A stretch of 64,000 bases of DNA from Octopus vulgaris (lineage: Eukaryota). The stretch covers positions 25,916,001-25,980,000 of the forward strand of contig OX597821.1 of assembly GCA_951406725.2 (NCBI GenBank). Reading direction: 5' to 3'. Below the pieces are notes generated by a model. That model ran no database searches and was not told where the DNA came from. It was given only the letters and a program-made list of their open reading frames with translations. Positions 49,830-64,000 of the stretch are shown here, piece by piece. Positions within the stretch are counted from its first letter, which is position 1. Every line of letters begins with the position of its first letter. A program made the translations under genes and the position numbers.

Positions 49830-51730
49830 CATACATACATACAGATAAGGAAATAATTTTATTGTCAAACGCAGGATAATGCTAATAATATAGCATGAAC
49901 GGGATAAACCATCCATGTTTTGCAGAAAAATCTGTTGGTAGCGAGCCTTGGGACTCAAACTCACATCCCTGTGATTACGTGTTAAGTGCTTTACCATTAA
50001 GCTAAACTGCCCAGCAACAAATTCTTTAGTTAAACAGCCCAGTGACAAATTCTTCTGCAATTTTCACCACACTTTCAGCTGCAGTTCAAGCTTGGGTTTC
50101 AGCATTAAACCAAATTGAGCATTCATACTATATACATGCCTGTTACTTTGTCAGTTCAGGAAAACAGCTTCTATAATCTATATATATCTTTTATCTTTTA
50201 CTTGCTTTAGTTATTAGACTATGGTCATGCTGGGGCACTGCCTTGAATTTTTAGTTGAATGGATCAACCAAATTACTTATTTTCTAAGCATGGTACTTAT
50301 TCTATAGGTCTCTTCTGCCGAACTGCCAAGTTACGGGAACATAAACACATCGACACCAGTTGTCAAGTGGTAATAGAGTGACAAACACAGACACAAATAC
50401 ACACACAAACACACACACGCACATACATACACACACACACACACATACACACACACACACACATACACTCTCACACATATATATACAATGGGCTTCTTTT
50501 AGTTTCCGTCTACCAAATCCACTCACAAGGCTTTGGTTAGCCTGAGGCTATAGTAGAAGACATTTGCACAAGGTGCCACGCAGTAGGACTGAACCTGGAA
50601 CCATGTGGTTGGAAAGCAAGCTTCTTACCACACAGCCACTCCTGCACCTATATAATATATCAAGATTCAGTTCAATAAGGTACTTATCTAAAGGTAAGGT
50701 GCCTGGTTAGGTCAGAATAAAATGCATACACAACAGTTATAAATGAATACCAGCATTGACACCAGAAGTACTGGCAGAAGGATATTTGGGTAATGCATGC
50801 AATTAGTTGAACCCAGCTCTGATTTATTGCGTCGCCTTACTAGCAATTGTGCTGGTGGCATGTGAAATATTCGAGCGAGGTCGTCGCCAGTGCCGCTGGA
50901 CTGGCTCCTGTGCAGGTGGCATATAAAAAGCACCATTTGGGCGTGGCCGTTGCCAGTACCACCAAACTGGCCCTTGTGCCAGTGGCACATAAAAGCACCC
51001 ACTACACTCTCAGAGTGGTTGGCATTAGGAAGGGCTGTAGAACTGTAGAAACTCTACCAGATCAGATTGGAGTCTGGTTTGCCAGACCTCAGTCAAATCG
51101 TCCAACCCATGCCAGCATGGAAAGTGGATGCTAAATGATAATGATATATATATATATATAAAATACAAAATAGGACAAGAATGCAAAACATCTGGACAGC
51201 TAGGTGATACAAAAAGAGACAACCAAACATCCAGATAGATGATACAAAGTAAACAAGGACGAGTCACTCAAAGTCCTCTATCCCCAGTCAAGCACCAGAT
51301 TATAATTTCAGCTGATTATTCTTGTGATTGCTCCAATCTGGCCAGCCCCAAGGAAAAACTAAGCTAAGAGCATTAGATTCCTTGGAAGAAAGCAGTGAAT
51401 GTATACAAAAACAAAGACAGAAAAAACAGACAAGTTACACAAATATAAATACAATAAAAATAATAACAGGACATAACAACAGGTGTCTTTCAACTAAGGA
51501 GGAATTGATTTAAGTTGGTGCATGTGGAAATGAAGCCTTACGGTAGAGATACAAAAATTTCCCAAACACAGGGAAGAATATCGATGTTGCATGGATGGCG
51601 GCAGACCAAGAAAGAAAGAGCAGGCTAGGATGACCGGCGGTCACATGGGAAGAAAAGAGAGAGAAGTAGAAGCCTAGGGACAGAAGAATTAAGGAGGGGG
51701 AAGATAAGAGAGAGAAGTAGAAGCAGAGGG

Positions 51731-52378
51731 ACAGGAGTGGCTCTGTAGTAAGTAGCTTGCTTACCAACCATATGGTTCCAGGTTCAGTCCCACTGCATGG
51801 CACCTTGGGCAAGTGTCTTCTGCTATAGCCTCAGGCCAACCAAAGCTTTGTGAATGGATTTGGTAGACAGAAACTGAAAGAAGCCCATTCTATATAATAT
51901 ATGTATATGTTTGTGTGTCTGTGTTTGTCCCCACACCATTCCTTGACAACCAGTGTTGGTGTGTTTACATCCCCGTAACATAGCTGTTCAGCAAAAGAGA
52001 CTGATAGGATAAATACTCGGCTTATAAAGAATAAGTCCTGGGGTCGATTTGTTCAACTAAAAGGCAATGCTCCAGCAGGGCCACAGTCAGATGACTGAAA
52101 CAAATAGAAGAATATGCACAGTGTGGCTGTGTAGTAAGAAGCTTGCTTCTAAACCACATGGTTCCAGGTTCAGTCCCACTGCATAGCACCTTGGACAAGT
52201 GTCTTCTACTATAACCTTGAGTCGACCAAAGCCTTGTGAGTAGATTTGGTTGACAGAAACTGAAAGAAGCCTGTTGTATGTATGTACAGGAGTGGCTGTG
52301 TGGTAAGTAGCTTGCTTACAAACCACATGGTCCTGGGTTCAGTCCCACTGCATGGCACCTTGGGCAAGTGTCTTCTAC

Positions 52379-52409
<31 letters not shown>

Positions 52410-52634
52410 ATTTGTTTGTGTGTCTGTATTTGTCCCCCCAACATCACTTGACAACCGATGCTGGTGTGTTAACGTCCCCGTAACTTAGCGGTTCGGCAAA
52501 AGACATCGATAGAATAAGTACTAGGCTTACAAAGAATAAGTCCTGGGGTCAATTTGCTTGACTAAAGGCGGTGCTCCAGTATGGTCAGTCAAATGACTGA
52601 AACAAAAAAAAGAGTAAAGAGTAAAAGATATATA

Positions 52635-52670
<36 letters not shown>

Positions 52671-52895
52671 TGTATGTATATCTCTATGTGTGTGCATCTT
52701 TGTTTGTCCCCACCTATCACTGCTTGACAACCAGTGTTGGTGTGTTTACATCCCCATAACTTAGCAATTTGGCAAAAGAGACTGATAGGTTAAGCACCAG
52801 GATTAAGAAATAAATCCTGGGGTTTGACTAAAAGACTTTTCAAGGCAGTGCTACAGCATGGTAACAGTCAAATAACTAAAACAAGTAAAAGAACA
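51731..52895 (+). mobile_element. Cluster of at least four nested or tandem family-A SINE pieces
   Basis: Heads at about 51731, 52120 and 52289; tails at about 52110, 52625 and 52890. Confidence 0.8.
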
Positions 52896-52899
52896 CGCG

Positions 52900-52958
<59 letters not shown>

Positions 52959-53547
52959 GTCACATAAGGTTGCTGCCTTTATTTTTACTCTGCTTCACAT
53001 GCTGTAGTGGTTGACATTTCTAGCTGAACTCCACCCTAGCTTTCACTCAGTCGAGTGGTTACATTGTTTCAATGTCAAAATGAATTCTACTTCCCTCTGC
53101 TTAGCACCAGACATAGCAGTATGTAACCTAAATTTGTCTCTACTTAACCAGTTTTAACTAACTTTCTCCAGTTGCCTCTATAACTTTTGTCTACATTCCA
53201 CATCTCAAAATACCAGCCTTTCGCACCCTCCTTCCACTAAATCTCTTACTAATTCTTCATGGAACTTGTTGCTATATTTTTTAGACATTATCAATGTTGA
53301 GAAGGAGGAAGCTAGATGTGTCTAGTCAATGTAACTGTATACCACACACCCAACACTACAGCTCTATGTCACAGTTTTTGACTCCACCAGCAATGACTAG
53401 AGCCCAGACATATCCTATATTCTAGATATATGGATTGGTCATATGATGATGATGATGATGATGATGTTAGTGATTAACTATGAGGTGATGATGATCGGTT
53501 ATGGTGATGGTGATCATGGTAGTGACTATATTGATAAAATTTGGTTA

Positions 53548-53948
53548 GGTGCAGGAGTGGCTGTGTGATAAGTAGCTTGCTTACCAACCACATGGTTCCG
53601 GGTTCATTCCCACTGTGTGGCACCTTGAGCAAGTTTCTTCTACTATAGCCTCAGGCCGACCAAAGCCTTGAGAGTGGATTTGATAGACAGAAACTGAAAG
53701 AAGCCTGTTGTATATATGTATATATATATATATATGTGTGTGTGTGTTTGTGTGTCTGTGTTTGTCCCCCCCAACATTGCTTGACAACCGATGCTGGTGT
53801 GTTTACGTCCCTGTAACTTAGTGGTCCGGTAAGAGTGACCGATAGAATAAGTACTAGGCTTACAAAGAATAAGTCCTGGGGTCGATTTGCTTGACTAAAG
53901 GCGGTGCTCCAGCATGGCCGCAGTCAAATGACTGAAACAAGTAAAAGG
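53548..53948 (+). mobile_element. Family-A SINE, full length
   Basis: Intact head and tail. Confidence 0.9.
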
Positions 53949-55383
53949 GTCGTGATTTGAAGCATTGTTCTATCTTCCTGTCTCCCAAATTATGATATTA
54001 AACCACCCTTTTTGTGTCCAGTAATTCTTATGATACCCAACAGTGGATATGTCATAATCTTTGGCCTTGGACTAAACAGCAATGATACCCCATTCTGAAT
54101 ATAGCTTCTGAAGAAGCTTCTTTGTGGTTGCTTCTCCTGTTAGAAATAACAGACAAATCCTACTCAAATCACATCTTATAGTCTCTATAAAAAACTGCTG
54201 GATTAGAGCTTGCCTGGAGCTAAATAATAACAGCAACAATTCTTTCTTTATATCATATTTTTTTTACTTAGTGCTACATGTATTATATATAACACAAAAA
54301 TTGCATGGTTTAGTGGTTAGGATATTTGACTCGCAATTGTTAGGTCGTGAGTTCAATCCCCTTTGACGCATTTCAAAAAGCCAGCCTTGTCACATTCTGT
54401 GTCATGCTGAACCTCCTTGCAAACTGTTAAGGGTATACATGTTTGTGGAGTGCTCAGCCACTTGCATGTTGATTTCATGAGCCGGCTGTTCTGGTGATCA
54501 GATCAAATGGAACCCTCACCATCACAACTGACAAAGTGCCAATAGCTACTTGTATCTTATATAATACATAGTGTTCTGTGTACTATGTATATATATATTT
54601 CTTTGTTGCTAAACATAGAGGGGCTAAACATAGAGGGGACAAACAAGGACAGACAAAGGGATTAAGTCGATTACATTGACCCCAGTGCACAACTGGTACT
54701 TATTTTATCAACCCCAAAAGGATGAAAGGCAAAGTTGATCTCAATCGAATTTGAACTTAGAAAGTAACAGCAGACGAAATGCCACTGCACATTTTGCCCA
54801 GTGTGCTAAACGATTCTGCCAGCTTGCCACCCTGTATATATATATATATATATTAGCCACTACACACATTTTTTTCTCTCCTTGTTTTTTTTTCTGTGTA
54901 CCTTTCTGTAGAAGAGCGTAGGCTCGAAACGTAAACGACTTTTTCTATTCCTGAGCGTTATACTAATACATCTGTTTGTTTTGTACACCACCTGTCTTTT
55001 GTTTTTTTCGTAAAATTTCCCCATATATATATATATATATTGTTCTATTTAGGAATGGTCATTTTGCCAGTTTAGCCCATCATCATCATCATCATTTAGT
55101 GTCTGCTTTCCATTCTGGCATGGGTTAAATGGTTTGACTGAAACTGGTAATCTGGAGAGCTGCGCCAGGTTCCAATCTGATTTAGCATGTTTCTACAGCT
55201 GGATGCCTTTCCTAATGCCAGCCACTCCAAGAGTGTAACGGGTGCTTTTTACGTGCCACTGGCACAGGTGCCAGTTACCTGACACCAACATCAGTCACAG
55301 CTATGCTTTTACTTGACTTGATGAGTCTTCTCAAGCCCAGCTTATCACCAAAGGTCTCGGTCACTTATCATGAATTTTAGGTA

Positions 55384-56270
55384 ATGACTGAAAGAGTGCA
55401 ATCGCAAATACAAGTGGCCAAAATTAGATTCCTCAGAAGTATCTCTGGAGTAATTCTACTTGACAGGGTTCATAGCTTAGATATCAGAGAGTCTCTCCAG
55501 GTTGAGCCATTACTTTTCTGGTCACAGCTGTGGTACTACTCTTACTCTTTTACTTGTTTCAGTCATTTGACTGTGGCCATGCTGGAGCATCGCCTTTAGT
55601 CGAGCAAATCAACTCCAGAACTTATTCTTTGTAAGCCTATCGGTCTCTATTGACGAAGCGCTATGTTACGGGGACGTAAACACACCACCATTGGTTGTCA
55701 AGCGATGTTGGTGGGGGCACAAACACAAACACACAAACGTATACACACACACAGATACATATATACGATGGGCTTCTTTCAGTTTCCGTCTACCAAATCC
55801 ACTCACAAGACTTTGGTTGGCCTGAGGCTATAGTAGAAGACACTTGCCCAAGGTACCATACAGTGGGACTGAACCTGGAACCATGTAGTTCGTAAGCAAG
55901 CTACTTACCACACTATGGACATCAATATCATCATCATTATTTAGCATCCATTTTCTATGTTAGCATGGGTAAGACAGTTAGAGTGAGGCTGTAAGCTGGA
56001 GTGCTGCACTGGGCTCTGGTCTGTTTTGACTTGGTCTCTATGGCAGGATCCTAATGCCTGAATCACAAAGCAGATTCTGCAAGCCAAGTCAACTGGCAGG
56101 TGACCTAAGAGTAGACCAAGAAGGAAATGGTTGGATAACATCTATAATCTCAGCTGTTCAAGTTTAGGGAATCCAGCTGGAAAGTGTAATGATGCTTATG
56201 ACCTTATGGAGGGGATACTTGAGGACTCTACCCTCACAAACCTCTCGGGAATAGCAAGTGGAGAAACTGG
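55384..56270 (+). mobile_element. RTE LINE 3' fragment split by SINE insertions
   Basis: MTERVQSQIQVAKIRFLRSISGVILLDRVHSLDIRESLQVEPLL (55384-55520) resumes as QILQAKSTGR*PKSRPRRKWLDN at about 56070. A family-A SINE (55535-55912, minus) lies between. Confidence 0.75.
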
Positions 56271-56627
56271 ATGAATATATGTTACATGTATAGAATAAAG
56301 TTCCCTCTTGAATCATATTGACTCATAGGGTGACTCATAGATTCTCTGGTGTATATACTCTCCCCTGGACAGGACACCAGTCTGTTGCAGGAATGCTCAT
56401 TTTTACCAGCTGGGGTAACAGGAAAGGAAGTGTTTTGCTCAAGAACACAATGCATTGCATGGTGCAGTAATCTTGCAATCATGAGCACAGCATTGTAGCG
56501 ACTAAACCATGTGCTTCCACATACATAAAGTTCCATATATATATCAAAATTATATAACCTGCACCTTGAATAACATAGTGCTCCATGTACCTTGTGTAGC
56601 ATTAAATGTTCCATCTACTATGCATAT

Positions 56628-57210
56628 AGGTGCAGGTGTGGCTGTTTGGTAAGAAGCTTGCTTCCCAACCACATGGTTTCAAGTTCAGCCCCACTGTGTG
56701 ACACCTTGAACATGTGTCTTCTATTATAGCCTCAGGCTGACCAAAACCTTGTGAGTGGATTTGGTAGACGGAAACTGAAAGAAGCCTGTTGTGTATATAT
56801 ATATGTATATAGGCGCAGGAGTGGCTGTGTGGTAAGTAGCTTGCTAACCAACCACATGGTTCCGGGTTCAGTCCCACTGTGTGGCATATTGGGCAAGTGT
56901 CTTCTGCTATAGCATCGGGCCGACCAATGCCTTGTGAGTGGATTTGGTAGACAGAAACTGAAAGAAGCCTGTCGTATATATGTATATATATATGTATGTG
57001 TGTGTGTGTGTGTCTGTGTCTGTCCCCCCCCAACATTGCTTGACAACCGATGCTGGTGTGTTTACGTCCCCATCACTTAGCAGTTCGGCAAAAGAGACCG
57101 ATAGAATAAGTACTGGGCTTACAAAAGAATAAGTTCCGGGGTCGAGTTGCTCGATTAAAGGCGGTGCTCCAGCCTGGCCGCAGTCAAATGACTGAAAGAA
57201 GTAAAAGAGT
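56628..57210 (+). mobile_element. Family-A SINE 5' half followed by a full-length copy (56811-57210)
   Basis: Two heads and one tail. Confidence 0.85.
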
Positions 57211-58339
57211 ATATGTATATATACAATACAGAATCACAGGAGCATGGGCAGTCCCCTGATATAGCAAGTGTATAGAGCAGTCATGGGCAAATTATGGCCC
57301 ATGGGTTACTGCTGGTCTTTCTGAATAGCACATCTAAATGAAAAATAACCTTGAATGTTTTTTAGTAGTAGGGTCCACTTTATGATGAACCATGTTTCAT
57401 GGGGCTTGTTGGTGTAGAATGACAGGAGTGTGGGCAGTCCTTTTGATATAGCAACTGTTTTATAGTGTCTAACTGTAATTTCAAATCCACCTTTAGAAAA
57501 TTGTCCCCCGGGGACATTACAATGTCTCTCATGATGCATGAAGGATGGGCTGCTGACGGGAAGCAACTCCTACAACTGCTGCCATTTCTTTTGAGGAGAC
57601 TGCACCTAAAAAATGTACTTCTAGTGGTCTCACATAGCTACTGTGCCACCACTACCACTACCTGCACCATTCTGATTCATACCATGATTGCTGCTACTAC
57701 TACTACTGCTGCCGCTGCTATTACCACTGCCACCACCAGCAACTGTAGCTGAGTGCACAACAAGGCAGATTGTAAGTGGTTGCTCGACTTGCTAGAAATA
57801 GCAGGCAAAACCTTATTCCAAATCATATATTATCTTATGTGTCCTTAAAGGAAGACACATTAGATAATATTGTCTTACTCTTAGAAAGACAAGTTGGTCA
57901 TGGGTAGAGTGGCTTTGATTTATAGATTTGTTCCATCAGAAGCTAAATAACAAGTCTAGTCTACCTCTTCTCTATGCCCCCACATCACCATTCTTTAGTT
58001 CTGTTTTTCTCTATGTGTTATGTATGTATAGTGCTGTTGTTGTTGTTGCTGTTTAATCCCAGGTCACCCCCTGATTATGTTGACCTGCGATTAGAGGTAT
58101 TCCAATTGGACCATCCTGGTGCTTTATATACAGGAGCTTACCTAGTATAGTGTCCTTCTTTTTTTAATTTGGTAAGATGTATTTAAAGGAATTTGGCTGT
58201 TATTTCTAGCAGGTTGACTGGCACTACCATGTACATAGTCTTAACAGGATGTATGTGTTTTTGTATGTGTAGTAAATGCATGTCACATGCTGTGTGTGCG
58301 CTACATGGAGTGCAGTGGTGTGTGTAATAATGTATTGTG

Positions 58340-58373
<34 letters not shown>

Positions 58374-59125
58374 CTGATGTATTTGATGAAGAATGTACAT
58401 GTAGTGTGAATGTAGTGTGTGTGATGAATCTGTTATACATACATGTGGGTGTTTGTGGTATATGTAGTAAATGCATGACACCTGCAGTGTGTGCTACATG
58501 GGAAGCAGCAGTGCATGTAATAATGTGTGTGTGTGTGGGGGGGGGGTGCATTATGCATGCAATGATGCATGTAAATATAGTGTGAATGTGGTATATATGA
58601 TGTATATGCCATGCAGCCATGTTGCATATGAGTGTGTGTATGTGGTGCATAATTCTGTGACTGTATTCTGAATAGACACCACTGGTTCCACATGGCTGCA
58701 GATGTGTGTGTGTGTGTGTGTGTGAGCATGTGTGTCTGCGTATATGCAGCTATATCCAATGTGTTTACACACTCTGTGTTGTGTATGCTTGTGTGTGTGT
58801 GTGCGTGCATGTGTGTATGTATGTGTGTGACTGTAACTTGTGTGTGTGTGTGCACTATGCATGAGAGAGAAAGAAGTTAGTCATCTCAGTTCCCCCCACC
58901 CCACCCCCCTGGCATCTCTCGTTCACCATCCACAGCTCTTCATGCTGTTCGATACTGATTGGAGAAGAGTGTGAGTGTGTATTTGTTTCTAGTCAGTAAG
59001 TTACACTTGCTTCTTCTAGTTCCCACTCCACTCCAGTGAGGTCACCTTACTTCCTTCTATTTTCTGTCTGTCTACTTGTGCATGTGTGTTTGTGTGTGTG
59101 TAAATGAGTGAGTAAGTGAGTGAGT

Positions 59126-59171
<46 letters not shown>

Positions 59172-59320
59172 TCATGTGTTAGAAAAGGATTATGGAGGAA
59201 GAGAAACAAATGCGTTTGTATATATGTGTTAGTTAATGCATGATATGTATATGTAATGTGTGTATGAAATAGGCTCCAGTTCATTCACATGGCATGGTAC
59301 ATTGGGCAGTGTCCGTGAAG

Positions 59321-59373
<53 letters not shown>

Positions 59374-59554
59374 ATGCATGTATGTTCCAATGGTCACTCC
59401 TTCATTGCCCCCAGTTATTTAATACTTTCCTCCTTTGCTCTTAGCCACATCCCATTCTTAAGACCCTCTCAAACCTTCCACCAAATGTTGCCCACCACCT
59501 TTGTTTGCCTCTTTCTATATCCCTCTTTCTATATCCACACTTACTGCACCTCCT

Positions 59555-59616
<62 letters not shown>

Positions 59617-60014
59617 CACACCTCTCATTTACTCACTGTTCTCTACGCATCATCTCCCTATTTCTCACAGCTTTATTGAACTGCTGTTCATCCCCTTTTC
59701 TCTACTACCACTTACCACCTTCTCCTTCCTGGGCCATTTCTATATTGTGTCACTTTCCCTCAAACTGGTATTTACTATTGACCATGTTTCCACTCTTGTT
59801 CACCATTTACTACATTCCCCTCTTCCTCCATCTCTAAATGTTATCAATCTTCTATGAAAAAATATGTCCAGCCAAAACGAAATATTATCTTACATAGAGA
59901 CAGGTGAGGATTGATGACAAGAAGGGTGTCTGGCTGTAAAAAATCTGTCTTTTCATATTCCATTTGACTCATGGCGAGTATGGAAAAGTGAATGTTAAAT
60001 GATCATGAATATGC

Positions 60015-60084
<70 letters not shown>

Positions 60085-60226
60085 TCATATATGTAATAAG
60101 CAGAATGCAGGTGTGGTATTCAAAGGTTATATAGGACATACTCGTGTTTCAACAAAATGCTGAAATAATTACATAACACTAGTAAAAACATTATGCAGTC
60201 ATTCATTCTTTTCATCAGTGTCCTGC

Positions 60227-60258
<32 letters not shown>

Positions 60259-60765
60259 TGTATGTATGTATGTATGTATGTATGCATGCATGCACACACG
60301 CACGCACGCAATGGTTACATAGTGGAGGACCCAATTTAACCTTTAAAAAAACGTACAAAAACTGCTATATTCCCTTATTGTTTATTTCTTGTGTCAAAAT
60401 CTTGATAACACTTTGACAATCTATTACTGACGAGGTTTTCTAGATCTCACATGGCTTTCTATCATTTCGTTTGTTTCTCGTCTATGTCTATCTTTACAAC
60501 ATACATGTCAACTGTGTAGTTGCTGTTGTTGGGATGCTGTTAGTCATTTTTAGGTTCATTTCCTCTCTTTGTATATTTATTCTGAAGTTTCATTTCACCT
60601 TTTCCTCTCTTTTGTTATTGAATGTCTGGAAATATTTGCTTTACATTTATAAAGCATGTTTGAAATATCTGCAACTCTAGAATCTTTGTGGTTTTCGTCA
60701 CTATCTCCTATTTTGTTCCAATTGCTTTCAAATTTGGTATATGGATTAAGTTTTGTATACTAATT

Positions 60766-61075
60766 ATGAAAATGAAATTCATTTTCCCTATAAATCCATA
60801 AGTTATTAGTCATTAAAATTTCCAAAATTTGGGTAATTTAGCTAATCAGAAGTGCGTATTTTACATATCACTGTGGCGAAAAATGCTGTTTCCATAGTAA
60901 CCAAAGATGCTGCACATAATGAAAATGAAATTCATTTTCCCTATAAATTCATAAGTTATTAGCCATTAAAATTTCCAAAATTTGGGTAATTTAGCTAATC
61001 AGAAGTGCGTATTTTACATATCACCGTGGCGAAAAATGCTGTTTCCATAGTAACCAAAGATGCTGCGCATGCGCA
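60766..61075. repeat. 153-bp tandem duplication containing X-box-like and NRF1-like palindromes
   Basis: atgaaaatgaaattc recurs at 60766 and 60919. gtttccatagtaac at 60888 and 61041; tgcgcatgcgca at 61064-61075. Confidence 0.85.
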
Positions 61076-61721
61076 GAAGGAGGAGAAGGAGATACAAGAA
61101 AGATAATCTTCTACTGTGTGAGTATATGTGTGTATGTGTGTGCGTATACAAGGGACGTATGTGACTGTATATGAACATTGACAAGTGTAGTAATCTGACT
61201 TACCATCCATATTTATATATAAAATACTATAATTTGCTGTCATTTTTGACGGCACAGGACCAGCTACTTTGTTTTATAAAATCCTAGAATGTTTTGCAAA
61301 CTTTCGTTCCTGAATTTTATAAGTAGCTTGTTTACCAACCACATGGTTCCGGGTTCAGTCCCACTGCATGGCACCTTGGGCAAGTGTCTTCTACTATAGC
61401 CTCGGGCCAACCAAATCCTTGTGAGTGGATTTGGTAGACGGAAACTGAAAGAAGCCCGTCGTATATATGTATATATATATATATGTGTGTATGTTTGTGT
61501 GTCTGTGTTTGTCCCACTAGCATTGCTGGTGTGTTTACGTCGCTGTCACTTAGTGGTTCGGCAAAAGAAACCGATAGAATAAGTACTGGGCTTACAAAGA
61601 ATAAATCCTGGGGTCGATTTGCTCAACTAAAGGTGGTGCTCCAGCATGGCCGCAGTCAAATGACTGAGACAAGTATTTTTGTAAAGTAAAAGTAAAAGTA
61701 ACTAATAAATGCCTGTTTTAA

Positions 61722-61941
61722 CCCTTTCGTTACAGTATTTATTTTGAGATGCTCTGTGTTTCTTTCAATTACATTAAATATAACAAAGAATTTAGTAAAA
61801 TAACCTAGTTATCATTCAGCTAGTGTTAGGAGCATAAATTGCGACTAAGGTTTGGTGGAAGATTTTAATTCAAAACTTATGAAAACAAGACATTTGTACT
61901 CAGAGCCAGAGTCGGTTTCAACCGGATTGGTAACGAAAGGG
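61722..61941. mobile_element. piggyBac-like MITE
   Basis: TTAA|ccctttcgttac ... gtaacgaaaggg|TTAA, 12-bp perfect TIR. Confidence 0.9.
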
Positions 61942-62633
61942 TTAAACAATGTTTTGACTGTTATTTCTAGCAACTCATGTTGGTTTGTTTGTTCATAGCT
62001 TTTAAATATTTGATTTGCTTGCGAATATTTTAATGTTAACTTCATTTGTGTATATTTTAATGTTTTGACTGTTATTTCTAGCAATGTTTTGACATGCCGA
62101 TGCTCCCTCACCTCTTCCCAATGATAGAAGAGTCAGTGAACACGCTATTTTCTGATTGGCCAAAAATTCTGGAAATGATCAAACACTGAACACCTGTAAC
62201 ATTTTTGCAAAATTTTTCTGGAATAAATGAATCACGAATTCAGATTCAGCGTCAAAAATTACATCTAAATATATGATACATTAAAAATTTTTTTAGAATA
62301 TAATTGTAAACAGAGACGAAAACTTACAAAGATCCCAACTCTCTTTAAATTATTACATTTTCCATATATTTTCCCACTTACAAAGTTGGCATAGCAAATA
62401 ATGTAAACATTCAAACATCATCACTATCTTTCCAAATCCTGCTGCATTTCACATGGAATTTTTGGTCTTCCAGTCTTCTTGGTGTATAAATCTACTTACC
62501 TTTTGTGGCTGTAAAGTTTGACCTGAAAAATTTGACTTGTAAGCCAGAATATATCATAGACTCTTACTAAATTAATGTATTTACTATATCATAAAATCAA
62601 ACAAATTTTAATTTAGAAACTAAATTTAGAAAC

Positions 62634-62793
62634 AGGAGTGGCTGTGTGGTAAGTAGCTTGTCTACCAACCACATGGTTCCAGGTTCGGTCCCACTGCATG
62701 GCACCTTGGGCAAATGTCAACTACTATAGCCTCAGGCCGACCAAAGCCTTGTGAGTGGATTTGGTAGACGGAAACTGAAAGAAGCCCGTCGTA

Positions 62794-62826
<33 letters not shown>

Positions 62827-63040
62827 GCGTGTGTGTGTTTGTGTGTCTGTGTTTGTCCACCTAGCATTGCTTGACAACCGATGCTGGTGTGTTTATGTCC
62901 CCGTTACTTAGCGGTTCGACAAAAGAGGCCGATAGAATAAGTACTGGGCTTACAAAAGAATAAGTCCCAGGGTCGAGTTGCTCAATTAAAGGCGGTGCTC
63001 CAGCATGGCCACAGTCAAATGACTGAAATGAGTAAAAGAG
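62634..63040 (+). mobile_element. Family-A SINE, full length
   Basis: Intact head and tail. Another 5'-clipped copy is at 61321-61700. Confidence 0.9.
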
Positions 63041-63117
63041 TATATATGCATATATTTGTTCACATCCACACATGTATATGCCCATAAGCATATATATATT
63101 CATATATATACAGATAC

Positions 63118-63172
<55 letters not shown>

Positions 63173-64000
63173 AGTAAACAAATGAGGGACAAACAATTAT
63201 AAGTGGCTGTAATTTATTTATGAGGTGTTAGATATACATATTCAAATTACAAGATGAAGATATGTTTTTACAGCTGTTTCGAAGATTCAGTGACTGGTTA
63301 ATGCTCTAATGCATATTATGCAAACAGCCTTACATAATTAAGCAATAATTATTGATACAGCAAATAATCAAAAACATTATCAACTCACATAAAGCATGAT
63401 ATGAGAATATTTTCAAGCTGGAAATGTTGCATATTTTTGTCAGGAAGAAGATTCTACATATGTGAACATGTGTGTGATATATATTAGCATGGCCCCAACT
63501 TGCACACTGAAATTGGTAAAAGAGTCAGAGTATGAAGTAATTTTGGTGTGTGTGTGTGTCCGTGTGTCCTGTATTTTGATTGTAATTATATCTTGTCTGT
63601 CACTATCTGTGGTTTCAGTTTTGTCTGTAAACTGCTGGGAATGGCACATCTCTTTGGGTATACATTATCAGACTGAGTGATATGGTAAGAAGATCTAACA
63701 AAGAACTTATTTAAACAATCAGTTGAGGAGGTGCATTCTACACCTTGGATGTAAGATAACATCTCACCTATGAACTACAAGTGTAAGAATGTATCGAAAT
63801 GATTGCAGTGGTATTAAATAAAGTATGTTGTTAATTCCATTTTTTTTCATTCATCTATTTGTATAAAGTCTACAGATACTTTGGAATTTCTGATATATAC
63901 ACAGTAGTAGAAGCATTTCCACTGTATGAAGACACCAGGTAACCAATAACTGAGGATGAGCTTTGCATAGCATTCTATTAAGTTTTTACCTTAATCTTAA

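Noticed and set aside
57306-57605. Minus-strand exon-like open stretch after a T-rich ag acceptor
   Set aside because: No recognisable homology and no convincing donor, so it is unsupported without RNA data.

Overview
AT-rich, repeat-dense animal genomic DNA, very probably from an octopus. This is inferred from a cephalopod-like mitochondrial 16S insertion and the SINE families present. I recognise only one host coding exon, an internal exon of ATG10 (17288-17414, +), so much of the window is probably ATG10 intron. The rest consists of tRNA-derived SINEs (at least four families), fragments of RTE, CR1, CRE-like, Tx1-like and Penelope-like retroelements, two near full-length dead mariners, Tc1/pogo, hAT, piggyBac-like, Helitron-like and Merlin-like non-autonomous elements, microsatellites and a 108-bp minisatellite. 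Most ORFs in the track are microsatellite or SINE artefacts. Best lead: a 392-bp terminally redundant unit (353-bp period) at 24934-25325 carrying a variant type I hammerhead ribozyme, which looks like a retrozyme or a Penelope-derived element. Three more degenerate hammerhead-like motifs lie elsewhere in the window. Other leads: a four-copy GG-terminated MITE with 8-bp TSD and internal TTAGGG repeats, a 16S NUMT split by a SINE, several inverted repeats that could form dsRNA, and a possible nested antisense transcript. All calls were made by eye without database searches, and repeat boundaries are approximate unless TSDs or TIRs are quoted.
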